Shown here one piece after another: positions 39,137 through 56,900 of a DNA stretch of 64,000 nucleotides (the stretch's first letter is position 1; every line of letters starts with the position of its first letter). The translations under genes and the position numbers were made by a program. This DNA comes from Sandaracinaceae bacterium (lineage in GTDB: Bacteria > Myxococcota_A > Polyangia > Polyangiales > Sandaracinaceae). Below the pieces are notes generated by a model. The model was given only the letters and a program-made list of their open reading frames with translations. It had not been told where the DNA came from and ran no database searches. The DNA lies in NCBI GenBank assembly GCA_045106715.1, contig JBGCFC010000009.1, positions 64,001 through 128,000 of the forward strand. The letters run 5' to 3'.

Positions 39137-40225
39137 TCACTCGGTCAGCGGCGTACGCTCGCAGTCGAACGTGACCTCGACCGGGGCGCCGTGGTCGATG
39201 ACCTCGAAGTCTTCGACCGCGAGGTCCGCCAGGTCGCGGGGACCGAGCAGCCCTTCCCACTTGGCCGCGGTGCGCTGGTCGCTCTGGGCGGTCAGCGCGA
39301 TCTGGCCGCCGTCCGCGTGGTACATGCCGTAGCGCTGGAGCGCCCGCGCGACGGTGCGTGCGGCGTCGTTGGGGAGGTCCTCGAGCGGGTAGTCGGCGCG
39401 CAGACGGAAGTGCACGCCGTACGCCGGCGCGTTGTTGTCGCCCGAGGTGTTGGTGCCGTGCGTCGCCGGCGGAACGTAGCGCCGCATGCGCACGCGGTCG
39501 TTCGGCAGGATGAAACGAATGGCGTGGTTGATCTCGCCCGCCGCGACCTCGTCGGCGGTGAACAGCAGTGGCGCGATGGGGAAGCCCGCCGCGTCCGCGC
39601 TGGTGCACTGGTCGCCGCGCCCCGAGTCGTCGTAGACCCGGCTCGTGTCCCACACCGCGAGGCAGCCGCCGAAGAAGGTGTCGCCCTGAATGTTGGCGCG
39701 CCACATCTCGTAGAGGCGTTGCTGGGTCGGGGCCCAGACGATCAGGTGGCAGTCACCGTCGGACTCGCACCGGTAGCCGGATTCGCCTTCGAGATTCCCG
39801 CCGACCGGGACGGGCATCGGGACGTTGTCGCAGTCCGGAGAGAAGAAGTCGCCCGTGGTCTCGAAGGCGCGCATCGGGGTCGCGTCGTCGGCATCGAGCA
39901 CCTCGATGGAGAAGTCGATCTGGAAGCGGTCGCCGTTTCCCCAGCCGCCCGCGTTCCGGAGCGAGGCGATGATCGCGTCGGAGTCGTCCGCGGGCGCGTC
40001 GCCGCTCACGTCGTCGAGAAAGAACGAGCCCGCAGGAAAGAAGTGCCCGGTCGCCCTGCCCCCGTCGACACTGCCCGCGTCGACACCGCCCCCGTCGACG
40101 CCCGCGTCTGATCCGCCCGCGTCTGATCCGCCCGCATCGAGTCCACCGCCGTCCGGGTCCCCGCTGTCATCGCAGCCGACGAGCCACAAGCTCAGAAGCA
40201 GCGCACCCCACCATCCGCATCGCAT
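39137..40225 (-). CDS. lipoprotein, hypothetical
   Basis: Lipobox 'LWLVGC', followed by a 'DAGGSDAGGSDAGVDGGGVDAG' linker and a globular domain. Confidence 0.6.
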   Translation of the reverse strand: MRCGWWGALLLSLWLVGCDDSGDPDGGGLDAGGSDAGGSDAGVDGGGVDAGSVDGGRATGHFFPAGSFFLDDVSGDAPADDSDAIIASLRNAGGWGNGDRFQIDFSIEVLDADDATPMRAFETTGDFFSPDCDNVPMPVPVGGNLEGESGYRCESDGDCHLIVWAPTQQRLYEMWRANIQGDTFFGGCLAVWDTSRVYDDSGRGDQCTSADAAGFPIAPLLFTADEVAAGEINHAIRFILPNDRVRMRRYVPPATHGTNTSGDNNAPAYGVHFRLRADYPLEDLPNDAARTVARALQRYGMYHADGGQIALTAQSDQRTAAKWEGLLGPRDLADLAVEDFEVIDHGAPVEVTFDCERTPLTE

Positions 40226-40258
40226 CTCGAAAGAGTACGGGAGAGGTGCGCTCCCGGG

Positions 40259-47227
<6,969 letters not shown>

Positions 47228-47287
47228 CGTCGTACATGATGAACGGATTCTTACGCTGTGACAACGATTTGAGGTCAGCCGGTAGCC

Positions 47288-48538
47288 CTATTCTTGGACG
47301 GCAGTTTCGGGGAGCATTCCCCGCATGACGGCTGCGTGGAGGCCAGTCGGGTGGCTGTCGAGATAGGTGCGAGCCAGCTCGCGCGCCGCTTCGACCTCTC
47401 CGGCCTGCGCTCGTGCCTCCGCTTCGCGCGCGAGGGCACCCGCCGCCAGCGGCCCCTCTGGAGCGAGCTCGCGAACCGTGCGGAAGGCGGCGGCGGCTTC
47501 GGCGGGGCGCTGCAACGGCGTCATCAACACACGCGCCCGCGTGAAGGCCACGAGCGGTCGGCGCGGGTCGTCGACCGCCACCTCCTCGGCGCGGACAAGC
47601 AGCCCGAGCGCCTCCTCATGGTGCCCCCGCATGCGCAGCGTATCCGCCGCCACCAGCAGCTCGTCGAGGTTGCCCCGTCGCAGCAGAGCGGTGTCGGCCT
47701 CGATCCCCTCGAGCGCCCGATCCACCTCGCCGCTCTCGGCCTGTTCGATCCATGGGGGGGAGGGCGGCTCTGCTGCCGGCCGCGAATGGGCTTCAGAGGG
47801 ACGAGCGGAGCCGCGCGCCGCCTGGGCGCGACCCGGCCCCGGGCGGCCAGACCCTGTTGGGCCACGTGGAGGCTCGCCGGCCGTTTCACGATGGTGCAGC
47901 TCCGGGACACGCTCGGCGCGAACGCGAGCGGACGCCGAGCGCCGTTCGGTCAGGGAGAACGTTCGCTCGTCCCCCGCACCCAGCACCGTGCTGCCCTCGG
48001 GCGCGTCCACATGGACCCGACCCTGGTCGACCCGCACGCGCACCCGCTCGTCCATCCGTTCGATGTCGAACCGCGTGCCCAGGACGCTCACGACGACAGT
48101 ACTGACCTGCACCACGAACCGGCGGGGCTGCTCGGTCTGCGTCACGTCGAACCGCGCGGCGCCCCGGGCGAGGGAGAGGCGGATCCGGTCCGACTGAACC
48201 TCCTCGACGACGATCTCCGTGTCCTCGGTCAACGGCGTGGCGGTCGATCCGTCGGCGAGGTGAACGACCCCGTCCGCGCGCGAGCCGGGCGTGTCCTCCT
48301 GCGCAGTCGGCGGACGTTCGCTCGCCGTGGAGGCCGAGGGCACTTGGTGCATCAGCGCGCCCCCAACCAGCAGGGCCACGAGGGCCGCCGCGGCCACCCC
48401 CGCGCGTGCGATGTGACGCCGCCTCCGTCGCGCCTTCGCGCGTTCGAGCAGAGCCGTCACCTTGGGCTCGCCCCACCCCTCGGTGTTCACCTCGCGCCTC
48501 ACGGAGGCGGCGGCGGTCTCCAGCCGACCTTCAGCCAT
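47288..48538 (-). CDS. FecR-family anti-sigma factor with C-terminal TPR-like region
   Basis: A single TM ('AGVAAAALVALLVGGAL') precedes the FecR domain ('FVVQVSTVVVSVLGTRFDIERMDERVRVRVDQGRVHV'). The ATG at 48536-48538 lies 4 nt after the sigma gene stop. Confidence 0.7.
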   Translation of the reverse strand: MAEGRLETAAASVRREVNTEGWGEPKVTALLERAKARRRRRHIARAGVAAAALVALLVGGALMHQVPSASTASERPPTAQEDTPGSRADGVVHLADGSTATPLTEDTEIVVEEVQSDRIRLSLARGAARFDVTQTEQPRRFVVQVSTVVVSVLGTRFDIERMDERVRVRVDQGRVHVDAPEGSTVLGAGDERTFSLTERRSASARVRAERVPELHHRETAGEPPRGPTGSGRPGPGRAQAARGSARPSEAHSRPAAEPPSPPWIEQAESGEVDRALEGIEADTALLRRGNLDELLVAADTLRMRGHHEEALGLLVRAEEVAVDDPRRPLVAFTRARVLMTPLQRPAEAAAAFRTVRELAPEGPLAAGALAREAEARAQAGEVEAARELARTYLDSHPTGLHAAVMRGMLPETAVQE

Positions 48539-49145
48539 GTCCGAGTTTCCCCTGGAGCTTGGCCTCGGCCGCCGAGACACGGCGCTTGGCGGTGGCCAGA
48601 GAGCACCCGCAGAGCTCGGCGACGTCGCTCAAAGTATGCTGCTCGATTCGGCGCAGCACCCACGCGGTCCTTTCCTCGGAAGGGAGAAAGTCCAGGAGCT
48701 GGTAGACCTCCCCGACGAGGGTAACCTGTGCTGGGCTGGCGCTGGGGGACGCGACTTGTGCGTAGTCGGGCACTTGGTCGAGCCCCATCAAACGGCGCAA
48801 GCGACGCTTCTTGAGCACCCGTGTGGCCTTTCGAACGGTGAGCGTCGCCAGCCAGCCCTTCAAGGCCGCCGGCTCCCGCAGCGTGGCCCGCTGACGGTGA
48901 GCCGCGAGGAAGACCTCCTGAACCAGGTCGTCGACTTCGTCCGGCCGCCCGAGGATGCGCAGTCCGATGGCTCCGACGTATCGCGCGTACGCACGGAACG
49001 CGGCGTCGAAGTCGTCGAGGGAGACGACCTCGTCCGACGTCTCCGACGCGCTCGGCTTCGCGACGAGACGCAGATGCGGGGGGCTGTGCGCCATGCTCTC
49101 CTTCAGAGTGGCCCGATTGTGCGGAACTGGCTCATCTTTGTGCAC
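48531..49145 (-). CDS. ECF (group IV) RNA polymerase sigma factor
   Basis: Sigma-70 region 2 'DEVDDLVQEVFLAAHRQ' and region 4 'LSDVAELCGCSLATAKRRVSAA' are present. The start is uncertain and could be 49094. Confidence 0.8.
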   Translation of the reverse strand: MHKDEPVPHNRATLKESMAHSPPHLRLVAKPSASETSDEVVSLDDFDAAFRAYARYVGAIGLRILGRPDEVDDLVQEVFLAAHRQRATLREPAALKGWLATLTVRKATRVLKKRRLRRLMGLDQVPDYAQVASPSASPAQVTLVGEVYQLLDFLPSEERTAWVLRRIEQHTLSDVAELCGCSLATAKRRVSAAEAKLQGKLGHG

Positions 49146-49183
49146 TCGGGTCCTCGCACCGCCCTTCGCGGTGGGGCACTCTC

Positions 49184-50227
49184 GTGGACATGCGCGTTAC
49201 GGCCCCCGCGCTCTCCGCGACCGTTCTGCTGTCGTGCATCGTCTGCCTCAGCCCTGCGAGGGCGCAGACATCGACGCCGTCGAGACAGGCCGTTCTGGAG
49301 ATCGAGGACTGTCTCGGGGCGACCGCCGAAGGGGTTCGACGCATCGTGGCGGCCGAGATCGGCACTGCGCTGCTCCCCGCGCCGACGGGGCCGTCCACGG
49401 ACTTCGCCCGCATCGCTGTGCGCTGCGGTGTCGAGACGGCCGTGCTCGCGGTCGAACATCCGCTCGGCGTTCGACTCGAACAGAGAGTGGACCTGAGTGG
49501 TGCGGCCGCCCCCGCGCGCGGACGCCTGCTCGCCTTGTCGATCGCGGAGCTCTTGACCGCGCTGTGGCAGCGGGTGGATGCGCTGCCGCCGCCGAGCGCG
49601 GCTCCGCCCCCGCCCGCGCCCGCCGTCCCCCCCGATCCGGAACCCGAGCCCGTCCAGACGGTCCTGATCCCGCCTGCGCCCGCCGTCGCGCCTCCTCAGC
49701 AGCGGGCCTTCGGGATCCATGTCGTGGGCGCGCTGCGGGTTGCGGGGACCCCCGTGCATCTGTCCGGAGGCGGAGGTGCCGGTGTCGAGGTGGGGCTGCC
49801 TTTCTCGCTCGGGCTCGGGGCTGATCTGCGCTACGAGTACGGCGTCTCGGAGGCGGAGGACGACACCTCGGTGGAGATGCATGCGGTGTGGGGCGGAGCG
49901 CGGGTGCTCAGTCGGCCCATCGTCGGGGCCTCGAGCCTCGCGCTCGGCCTCGGGGCTCGGGTGGGGGCGGTGTGGTTGACCGGTCGCCCGTCGGCCGGTG
50001 CCGGCCTGACCCATCAAGGCGTGGTTGCCGGCCCCACCTTCCTGGCGTCCACGGCGCTGCGCGTCGCTGGACGCGGCTCGCTTTTCCTCGGTCTGGAGCT
50101 GAGCTGGATGTTGCTCAGCGTCAGCGGCATCGACGGGGCAAGCGGGAGCGAGCTGGCGCGCTTTGGAGGACCTCAGATCGCGCTGCTCGCGGGCTTCGAG
50201 ATCCAGCCGCTCGAGGCCGGGCCTTAA
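49184..50227 (+). CDS. secreted hypothetical protein, divergent from ECF sigma
   Basis: A signal peptide, then a Pro/Ala-rich stretch and a Gly-rich beta-like C-terminal half. Confidence 0.45.
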   Translation: MDMRVTAPALSATVLLSCIVCLSPARAQTSTPSRQAVLEIEDCLGATAEGVRRIVAAEIGTALLPAPTGPSTDFARIAVRCGVETAVLAVEHPLGVRLEQRVDLSGAAAPARGRLLALSIAELLTALWQRVDALPPPSAAPPPPAPAVPPDPEPEPVQTVLIPPAPAVAPPQQRAFGIHVVGALRVAGTPVHLSGGGGAGVEVGLPFSLGLGADLRYEYGVSEAEDDTSVEMHAVWGGARVLSRPIVGASSLALGLGARVGAVWLTGRPSAGAGLTHQGVVAGPTFLASTALRVAGRGSLFLGLELSWMLLSVSGIDGASGSELARFGGPQIALLAGFEIQPLEAGP

Positions 50228-50323
50228 CCCACGCGGCTTACGCCTGCAAAAATGCGGGTACAGCATAGTTCGTGCGAATTTGAGCCACATCTGCGCGCTC
50301 TGCCCACCGAGGGGTCGAACGCG

Positions 50324-53300
50324 ATGCCCACTCGACACAGCTCTTCGTATGCCCGATTGGTTTCCATCGCGCTCGGCCTCGTCACCGCCTCGGTGATGGC
50401 CGGGTGTGACGATGACCCCGGCGTGATCATCAACCCCGACGCCAGCCCCGAGCTGGACAGCGGAACACCTCAGGACGGCGGTCCGCCCGCCGACGAGGAT
50501 CCGCCCTTCGTCGAGTCGACCACGCCGAGCGAAGGCACGAGCGGCGTGGAGGGCGCAACCGACGTGACGGTGGTCTTCAGCGAGACGATGGCCGACGAGA
50601 CGGATGTGACGCTCCTGGTGGAGGCCGCCGAGGTGGCGTCGTCGGCCGCGTTTGCGGGCGATGAGCGCACGCTCACGATCACGCCCGGGGCGCCGTTCGC
50701 CAGCGGCGTCGAAGTCCTGGTCACGGTCGGAACGGGACACCGAGACGCGTCGGGCAACCCGCTCTCCCAGCCCTACACGTTCCGGTTCCGCGTGGCGGAC
50801 GAAGAGGCACCCACGGTGACGGACTCCACGCCAGCGGAAGGGGCGGCGGACGTGTCGCGTCGCTTCGAGCGCGTCGAACTCACGTTCTCTGAGGCCATGA
50901 ACAACGCGGCGGGCACGCTGACCCTCGCCGGTGGTCCGGGCGAGGTGGAGAACGTCCGATGGTCCGCCAACGACACCGTCGTCGCGGAGCTGACCGGTCT
51001 CGCGAGCGCGACGGACTACGCGCTCGCGCTCACCGGGTTCGAGGACGCCGGAGGCAACGCGCTCGCGGGCGACACGCTCGGCGGTGACGCGACGCTCGAC
51101 TTCTCCACCCGCGTCGACGATGAGCGGCCTTGGGTTCTCGATTCGAACCCAGCCGAGGGGCAGGTGAACATTCGCGTCCGGAGCACGCCGGAGGTGGTCG
51201 TCGCGTTCGACGAGCCGATGGACACGTCGATCCGAACGGTGACGCTCTCGGTCGAAGGGGCGGACACCGCGGTCGAGGGCTCCTGGGACGCCGCGGCCAC
51301 GATGTTCACCATCCCGGTTGGCGGCCAGCTGATCGATGACCGGCCTCACCAGATCGACCTCAGCAACCTCGCGGACCCGGAGGGCAACCTGCTCGACCCG
51401 GCTCCGTACTTGGGCGACGGGGTTCTCGACTTCCGAACCGGGGCGGACAGCGCCGCGCCTCGCGTGCTCTACACCGCCCCGGTCGAGGGTTCGAGCGATG
51501 CCAGGTTCACGCAGAACGAGGTGTTCATCGTCTTCGACAAGGCGATGGACGACTCGGTCACCTCGCTGACCGTGGACGACGGCGTCGCACCGTTCGAAGC
51601 GCCCGTGACGTGGAACTTGTCGGCGACGCGCGCGACGCTCGACGTCACCGACCGGCTGTTCTCGGGCCAGGCCTATCGCATCGTGCTCGCCGGTCTCGAG
51701 GACACGTCAGGTCGACCGGTGGATGTGGCGGACGTCTACCTCGGCGACGGAGCGCTCGACTTCACGATGGGCACCCCGGGCGGCGAGTCGTGCCGCGACG
51801 CGCTCACGGTGGCGGAGGCCACGTCTTCGGACGGCGGCGTGTTCGTCTTCGAGCTGCCCGAACGCACGTTTGCACTCAATGACGGCAGCATGTCCTGCGA
51901 CGCGGACGGCATCGTGGCCGACGGCGTGATCCGCTACACCAAGACCACCCAGGACACCGCGGGCGGCGGCACCGTGCTGGTCGTGCGCGCGGACAGCAAC
52001 CAGCTCAACGTCCGCGAAGGACTCGACGTCGAGATCTTCCGGGACTCGTGCGACCCCACGGCCGCGGGGGCGGATGCAGCGAGGGAGACGTGTCGTTTCA
52101 GCAGTCGCTACAGCGAGCACTACCTCGATGTCGGCCCGGGGGACTACTACATCTGGGTCGCCCACAACGACGATCAGTTCGAGGACGCGACGATCACCAT
52201 CGAAGAGGTCGCGCTACCCCCCGAGGGCGAGACGTGCCTCAACCCGTTCACGACCGGCAGCCCGGCTGAGTTCTACACGCCGCCCGCTGCGCTCGGAGAA
52301 CCCCACACGTTCACGATCCCTGGGGACACCTCCACGTTCGGGATGGTCGGCGCAGACATGGGGGTGCCGATGAGCTGCGATGACGATGGCGAGCAAGGCT
52401 CGGACGCGGTCATCCGGTTCGACAAGGCGTCCGCGACCAGCGTGCTCCGTGTCACGGTCGACAGCCAGAGCGGCATCAACGGGTATGGCTACGAGGTGTT
52501 CGACGTGTGTGACCCGACCTCCGCCGCGGCGACAAGCCTCGCGTGCGGTGCGGGCCTGTCACGAAGCGCCGACCCCGAGCTGTTCATCGAGGGGCCCGCG
52601 GGCGCGTACTACACCTGGTTCACGACCAGTCAGTTCGAGGGCTCGTTCTCGGACGGACTCGTCACGTTCACGGAGATCGAGCCGGCCGAGGGTTCGTCCT
52701 GCGCCCGCGCCCGCCCGCTCACGGTTGGCGCCGCGGCGACGTTCCCGATCTCGCCCGACGTGGCCCAGCGCATCTCCCCTCCGAGCTGCGGGGAGATCGA
52801 GGACCAGTACACCTGGTACCGCTTCACCTCCCCGGAGGTCGCGACCGTTCTGCGGACCGACGCGGCGGCAAACTTCGCCGTCTGGGAAGGGGGCGGAACG
52901 AATCGCGAGCTGGGCTGCCAGGAAGGGGACGACGAGCCGATGTTCGCGACGACGTTCCTGGCTCCGGGGACCGAGATCTGCGTGGGTGTCCAGACCGGAA
53001 GCTCCGTGACCTCATTGAGCATCGAGCCGGTCGAGTACGACGGGATTCGCGGCAACGTCACCGATCTCAACATCGACCGTCCGCTGACCAGCAGCGGCTC
53101 CGAGCGGTCCATCACGACCATGAACTGGATGGCGGTGACCGACACCGTGATCTACGCCGGCATCAGCTCGACGGGCGTGCTCATCGCGCCCCGCACGGGC
53201 AACGCGCGGGCGGACTTCAACGACACGCCCACCTCGAGCCAGCTCGGCACGGGCGGCGCGTCGTTTGGGGAGGCCCTGTTCGCGCTCGACGACAGCACGT

Positions 53301-53908
53301 CGTCATCGACGCGCCTCAACCGCTTCGTGGACGGCACGGGCGCCTTCGCCATCACGCCCTGGGACACGGGCACCGTCTGGCCGAGCGACGGCTTCGACGC
53401 GCTGACGTTCGACGGGACGACGCTGATCGCGGTCAACGACTACAGCTCCAGCGTGCCCACGACGTTCCTTTCCTTCGACCCCTCCACCCCAGGGCCGGCC
53501 GTCGACCTCGGGAGCAACCCGACACTGCAGAGCAGCGCGGGCCTCGCCGCCGACGCCACCTGGTTCTACGTGCAGGCCCGCGATGGCGGCTTCGGCACCG
53601 CGGAGGGGGTCTTCCGCGTGTCGCGCGCCGACCCCTCGGTCTACGAGATGCTGGCGGAGTTCGACACCTCCACGCGGGGCGCCGTCGTGCTCGACCCGAC
53701 CGGCGGCTACCTCTACGTCCGCCCCAACGACGGGCACATTCGGGTCATCAAGGACCCCGGCGGCGCGAGCCCGATCTACCTGGGCGTGCTCTCCGAGCTG
53801 GGTGATGGCAGCGACGACTCGGGCATGGCCTGGGATCCCGTCGAGAACGCGCTCGTCGTGTTCGATTCCGAGACCGTGAGCACCGGTCGCTTCGTGCGGA
53901 TGAACTGA
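50324..53908 (+). CDS. large lipoprotein with multiple SbsA-Ig-like ~100-aa repeats (paralog 1)
   Basis: The ATG at 50324 gives a signal peptide ending in lipobox 'VMAGC'. Repeats of the form '...P.V..S.P..G...V.....V.F(S/D)E(P/A)MD....T....GDG.LDF.T' occur at least 6 times. Confidence 0.8.
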   Translation: MPTRHSSSYARLVSIALGLVTASVMAGCDDDPGVIINPDASPELDSGTPQDGGPPADEDPPFVESTTPSEGTSGVEGATDVTVVFSETMADETDVTLLVEAAEVASSAAFAGDERTLTITPGAPFASGVEVLVTVGTGHRDASGNPLSQPYTFRFRVADEEAPTVTDSTPAEGAADVSRRFERVELTFSEAMNNAAGTLTLAGGPGEVENVRWSANDTVVAELTGLASATDYALALTGFEDAGGNALAGDTLGGDATLDFSTRVDDERPWVLDSNPAEGQVNIRVRSTPEVVVAFDEPMDTSIRTVTLSVEGADTAVEGSWDAAATMFTIPVGGQLIDDRPHQIDLSNLADPEGNLLDPAPYLGDGVLDFRTGADSAAPRVLYTAPVEGSSDARFTQNEVFIVFDKAMDDSVTSLTVDDGVAPFEAPVTWNLSATRATLDVTDRLFSGQAYRIVLAGLEDTSGRPVDVADVYLGDGALDFTMGTPGGESCRDALTVAEATSSDGGVFVFELPERTFALNDGSMSCDADGIVADGVIRYTKTTQDTAGGGTVLVVRADSNQLNVREGLDVEIFRDSCDPTAAGADAARETCRFSSRYSEHYLDVGPGDYYIWVAHNDDQFEDATITIEEVALPPEGETCLNPFTTGSPAEFYTPPAALGEPHTFTIPGDTSTFGMVGADMGVPMSCDDDGEQGSDAVIRFDKASATSVLRVTVDSQSGINGYGYEVFDVCDPTSAAATSLACGAGLSRSADPELFIEGPAGAYYTWFTTSQFEGSFSDGLVTFTEIEPAEGSSCARARPLTVGAAATFPISPDVAQRISPPSCGEIEDQYTWYRFTSPEVATVLRTDAAANFAVWEGGGTNRELGCQEGDDEPMFATTFLAPGTEICVGVQTGSSVTSLSIEPVEYDGIRGNVTDLNIDRPLTSSGSERSITTMNWMAVTDTVIYAGISSTGVLIAPRTGNARADFNDTPTSSQLGTGGASFGEALFALDDSTSSSTRLNRFVDGTGAFAITPWDTGTVWPSDGFDALTFDGTTLIAVNDYSSSVPTTFLSFDPSTPGPAVDLGSNPTLQSSAGLAADATWFYVQARDGGFGTAEGVFRVSRADPSVYEMLAEFDTSTRGAVVLDPTGGYLYVRPNDGHIRVIKDPGGASPIYLGVLSELGDGSDDSGMAWDPVENALVVFDSETVSTGRFVRMN

Positions 53909-53912
53909 AGAG

Positions 53913-56900
53913 ATGAGCCACCCGATGAGAACCCTTCGCCCCCTCCTCGCCCTCTCCTTCATGCTGGCGCTCGCCGGCTGCGACGATGACCCGACGCCCA
54001 CGGATGCCGGGGACGCGGACACCCGCGACGCGGACACCCGCGACGCAGGCTCCGTGGACGCGACGGGCCCCACCCTGGTCTCGAGCTTGCCCTCGGACGG
54101 GGCCAGCGCGGTCTCCCCCGACGCGTTGCTGTCGGTGCGCTTCAGCGAGCCGATGGCCGCGGCCGGGGGCGTGACCCTCGAGGCGGACGGCACCGCGCTG
54201 GCGGCTCCCGCGCTGACGCGCTCCTCGGACGGATTCGCCATCCAGCTCGAGCCGGCCGAGGCGGTCCCGGCGTCCACCGAGATCACCGTCGTCCTCAGCG
54301 GCTTTACGGACGTCGCCGGCAACCCCCTGAGCGGCATGGACCGCTTTACGTTCAGCACGCTGGACGACGTGAGGCCCGCGCTGGTCGCCTCGACGCCCAG
54401 CGAGGGCGCAACCGGCGTGTCGGTCGACGTCGGGACGCTGAGCTTCACGTTCAGCGAGCGGATGGACATGACCCGTGGCTCGGTCTCCCGTGACGATGTG
54501 ACGGTGGGCGAGGTGGTCTGGTCCAGCCTGACGGAGGCTTCGGTCACGGTGTCCGCGCTCGCCGCGGAGACGGCGCTCTCGTTCGACCTCGTCGACTTCG
54601 TCGATGTCGCGGGCAACCCGCTCGACCCGGCGCCGGAGCTCGTGGACGGCGCGCTCGACTTCACGACCGGCGCGGACGATTCGGCGCCCACGGTGATCGA
54701 GTCGGACCCGATGGAAGGTCAGCTCGACGTTTCGCTCGACGGAGTCACCCGTGTGGTCGTCACGTTCAGCGAGCCGATGGAGACTTCTTCCGGCACGGCC
54801 ACGCTACGGGTGGGTGCGGGAGCGACCAGCCTCGTCGTGTCCTGGGACGATGACGGACGTCGGGCTCTGCTCGAGGTGGGGGGCCTGCTCGCCGTCGACG
54901 CCGCGCACGCCATCGATCTCGAGGGTTTCGAAGACGTCGCCGGGAACGCGCTCGACACAGCGCCCTACCTCGTGGACGGTGCGCTCGACTTCACGACCGG
55001 CGACGACAGCTTCATCCCATTCGTCACGCTCGGCACGCCCGAGGAGGGCGCGACCGACGTCGACAGTGGCCTTAACGCGCTGGTCGTCGTCTTCAGTGAG
55101 CAGATGGACGACTCCCGGGAGAGCCTGGAGATCCAGGACGACACGGGCCGTCGGATCACCCGTCCGGTGAGCTGGGGCGCGGCGCGCACCTACCTCACGG
55201 TGGACCTCTTGCCCGGCGACTTGATCAACGGGTTCGACTACACGATCGACCTTCGCGGCTTCGCCGATGTCTCCGGCTCGCCCATCGACGCCGCGCATCC
55301 CTACCTCGGCGACGGACAGCTCCAGTTCTCCACGGTCGCGACCCGCACCGGTGAGACCTGTCGAGACCCGCTCACCGTCGCTGAAGCCACCGAGACCGAT
55401 GGCGTGTTTGTGTGGACGCTGGCTGACGACGCGTTCGAACAAGAGAGCATCAACTTCTCCTGTCATCCCTCGGGCGGCAGCGACGACGGCCTGATCTACT
55501 TCCGCAAGACGGGTGGTGACCTCGCGTCCGGCGGCACGGCCTTGCGGGTCCTCGTCGAGGGCGCGGACGACGTGGTGATCGAGCTCTTCGAGGGCTCGTG
55601 CGGCACCGGAAGCGACGCCGAATCGGCCCGCCGGCGCTGCCTCTACCGCCAGGAGACCTGGGAGACGTTCCTCGACGTCGTCGCGGGCGACTACTTCCTC
55701 TGGGTCTCGGAGACGTCGGGCTCCTTCGGCGGCGCGACGGTCACGATCGAAGAGGTCGCGATGCCGACGGAAGGGGAGTCGTGCGGCGCTCCGTACGACA
55801 CCACGAGCGTGGGTGTCTACACAGCGCCTGCAGGCGCGACGGACCCCCACGTCTGGACGTTGCCGGCCGAGGCCGTGTCTTCCATCGAGCGCACGATCTC
55901 CCACGACACGGCGCCGCTGAGCTGCGCTCCGGAAGGCCGTTTCTACGGTCGCGATGCCGTGATCGCGCTCGAGAAGACGTCCGCCACCAGCGTGCTCACC
56001 GTGCGCGTCGAGCCGGGGGCCGAGTCGAGCGCGAGCAACCTCCTGGACATCGCCATCACGGACACGTGCGAGGCGGCCGGCGCCACCCAGCTCGGGTGCT
56101 TCGCCTCTCTCGGCGACGAAGATGTGCCCTCCGCCTACGAGGTCACCCTGCGGGGCGCGGCCGGAACCCGCTACCTGTGGCTGAACACCCCGCGCACAGG
56201 TTTCTCCAGCGCCCCCTACTGGCGGAGCTTCCCGGGGGCGCGCGTCTCCGTCACCGAGGTCGAGACGGCCCCCGGCGACAGCTGCGACAACGCCATCCCG
56301 ATCACGGCCGGCGCGTCGGTTCCGATCACTCCGGACCGCCCCTACCGGGTCGACGCCCCCGCTTGCACGACGGGGGCCATCACGTGGTACCGCTACACCG
56401 CGAGCGAGCGCCTCGCCATCGTCTCGGTGGCCAACGGCGCCGCGGTGGGTGGGGTGGACGCGGCGAGCGGCCTCTCCGCCGGCTGCCGGGACAACACGGT
56501 CGATCAGTCGGCGCCGGTCGTCGTCGCGGCCGGAGACGACGTCTGCCTGGCCGTCGCCTCCGGCGCGGGGGCGACCACGCTCTCGGTCGACGAGCGCCCC
56601 TACACGGGCGTGGTGGGGCGGGCGATCGATCTCGCCATCACCGAGCCCGACGACGCGCCGCTTCTCTTCGGAACGGGGCGCTTCCTGACCCTCACACCCA
56701 CCGACATCTACACCGTGGTCTCCTCGCGGATGTACGCCGCGCCGCGGGCCGGGGGCGTGCCGTACCAGGTCGTTCCGCTGAGCTTCGCCGTGACCGGAGA
56801 CGACGGCCTGGCCGTCGGGGACGACCTGGTGATGTTCCGCACTTCGAGCTTCGATGTGGACAACCCGGCCTCTCTGGTTCAGCGGATCAGCGACGTTCGC

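Noticed and set aside
49103-51349. 748-aa minus-strand ORF across the ECF-sigma-divergent gene and paralog-1 start
   Set aside because: It has an Arg-rich low-complexity composition and overlaps two plus-strand genes that carry signal peptides and repeat domains.
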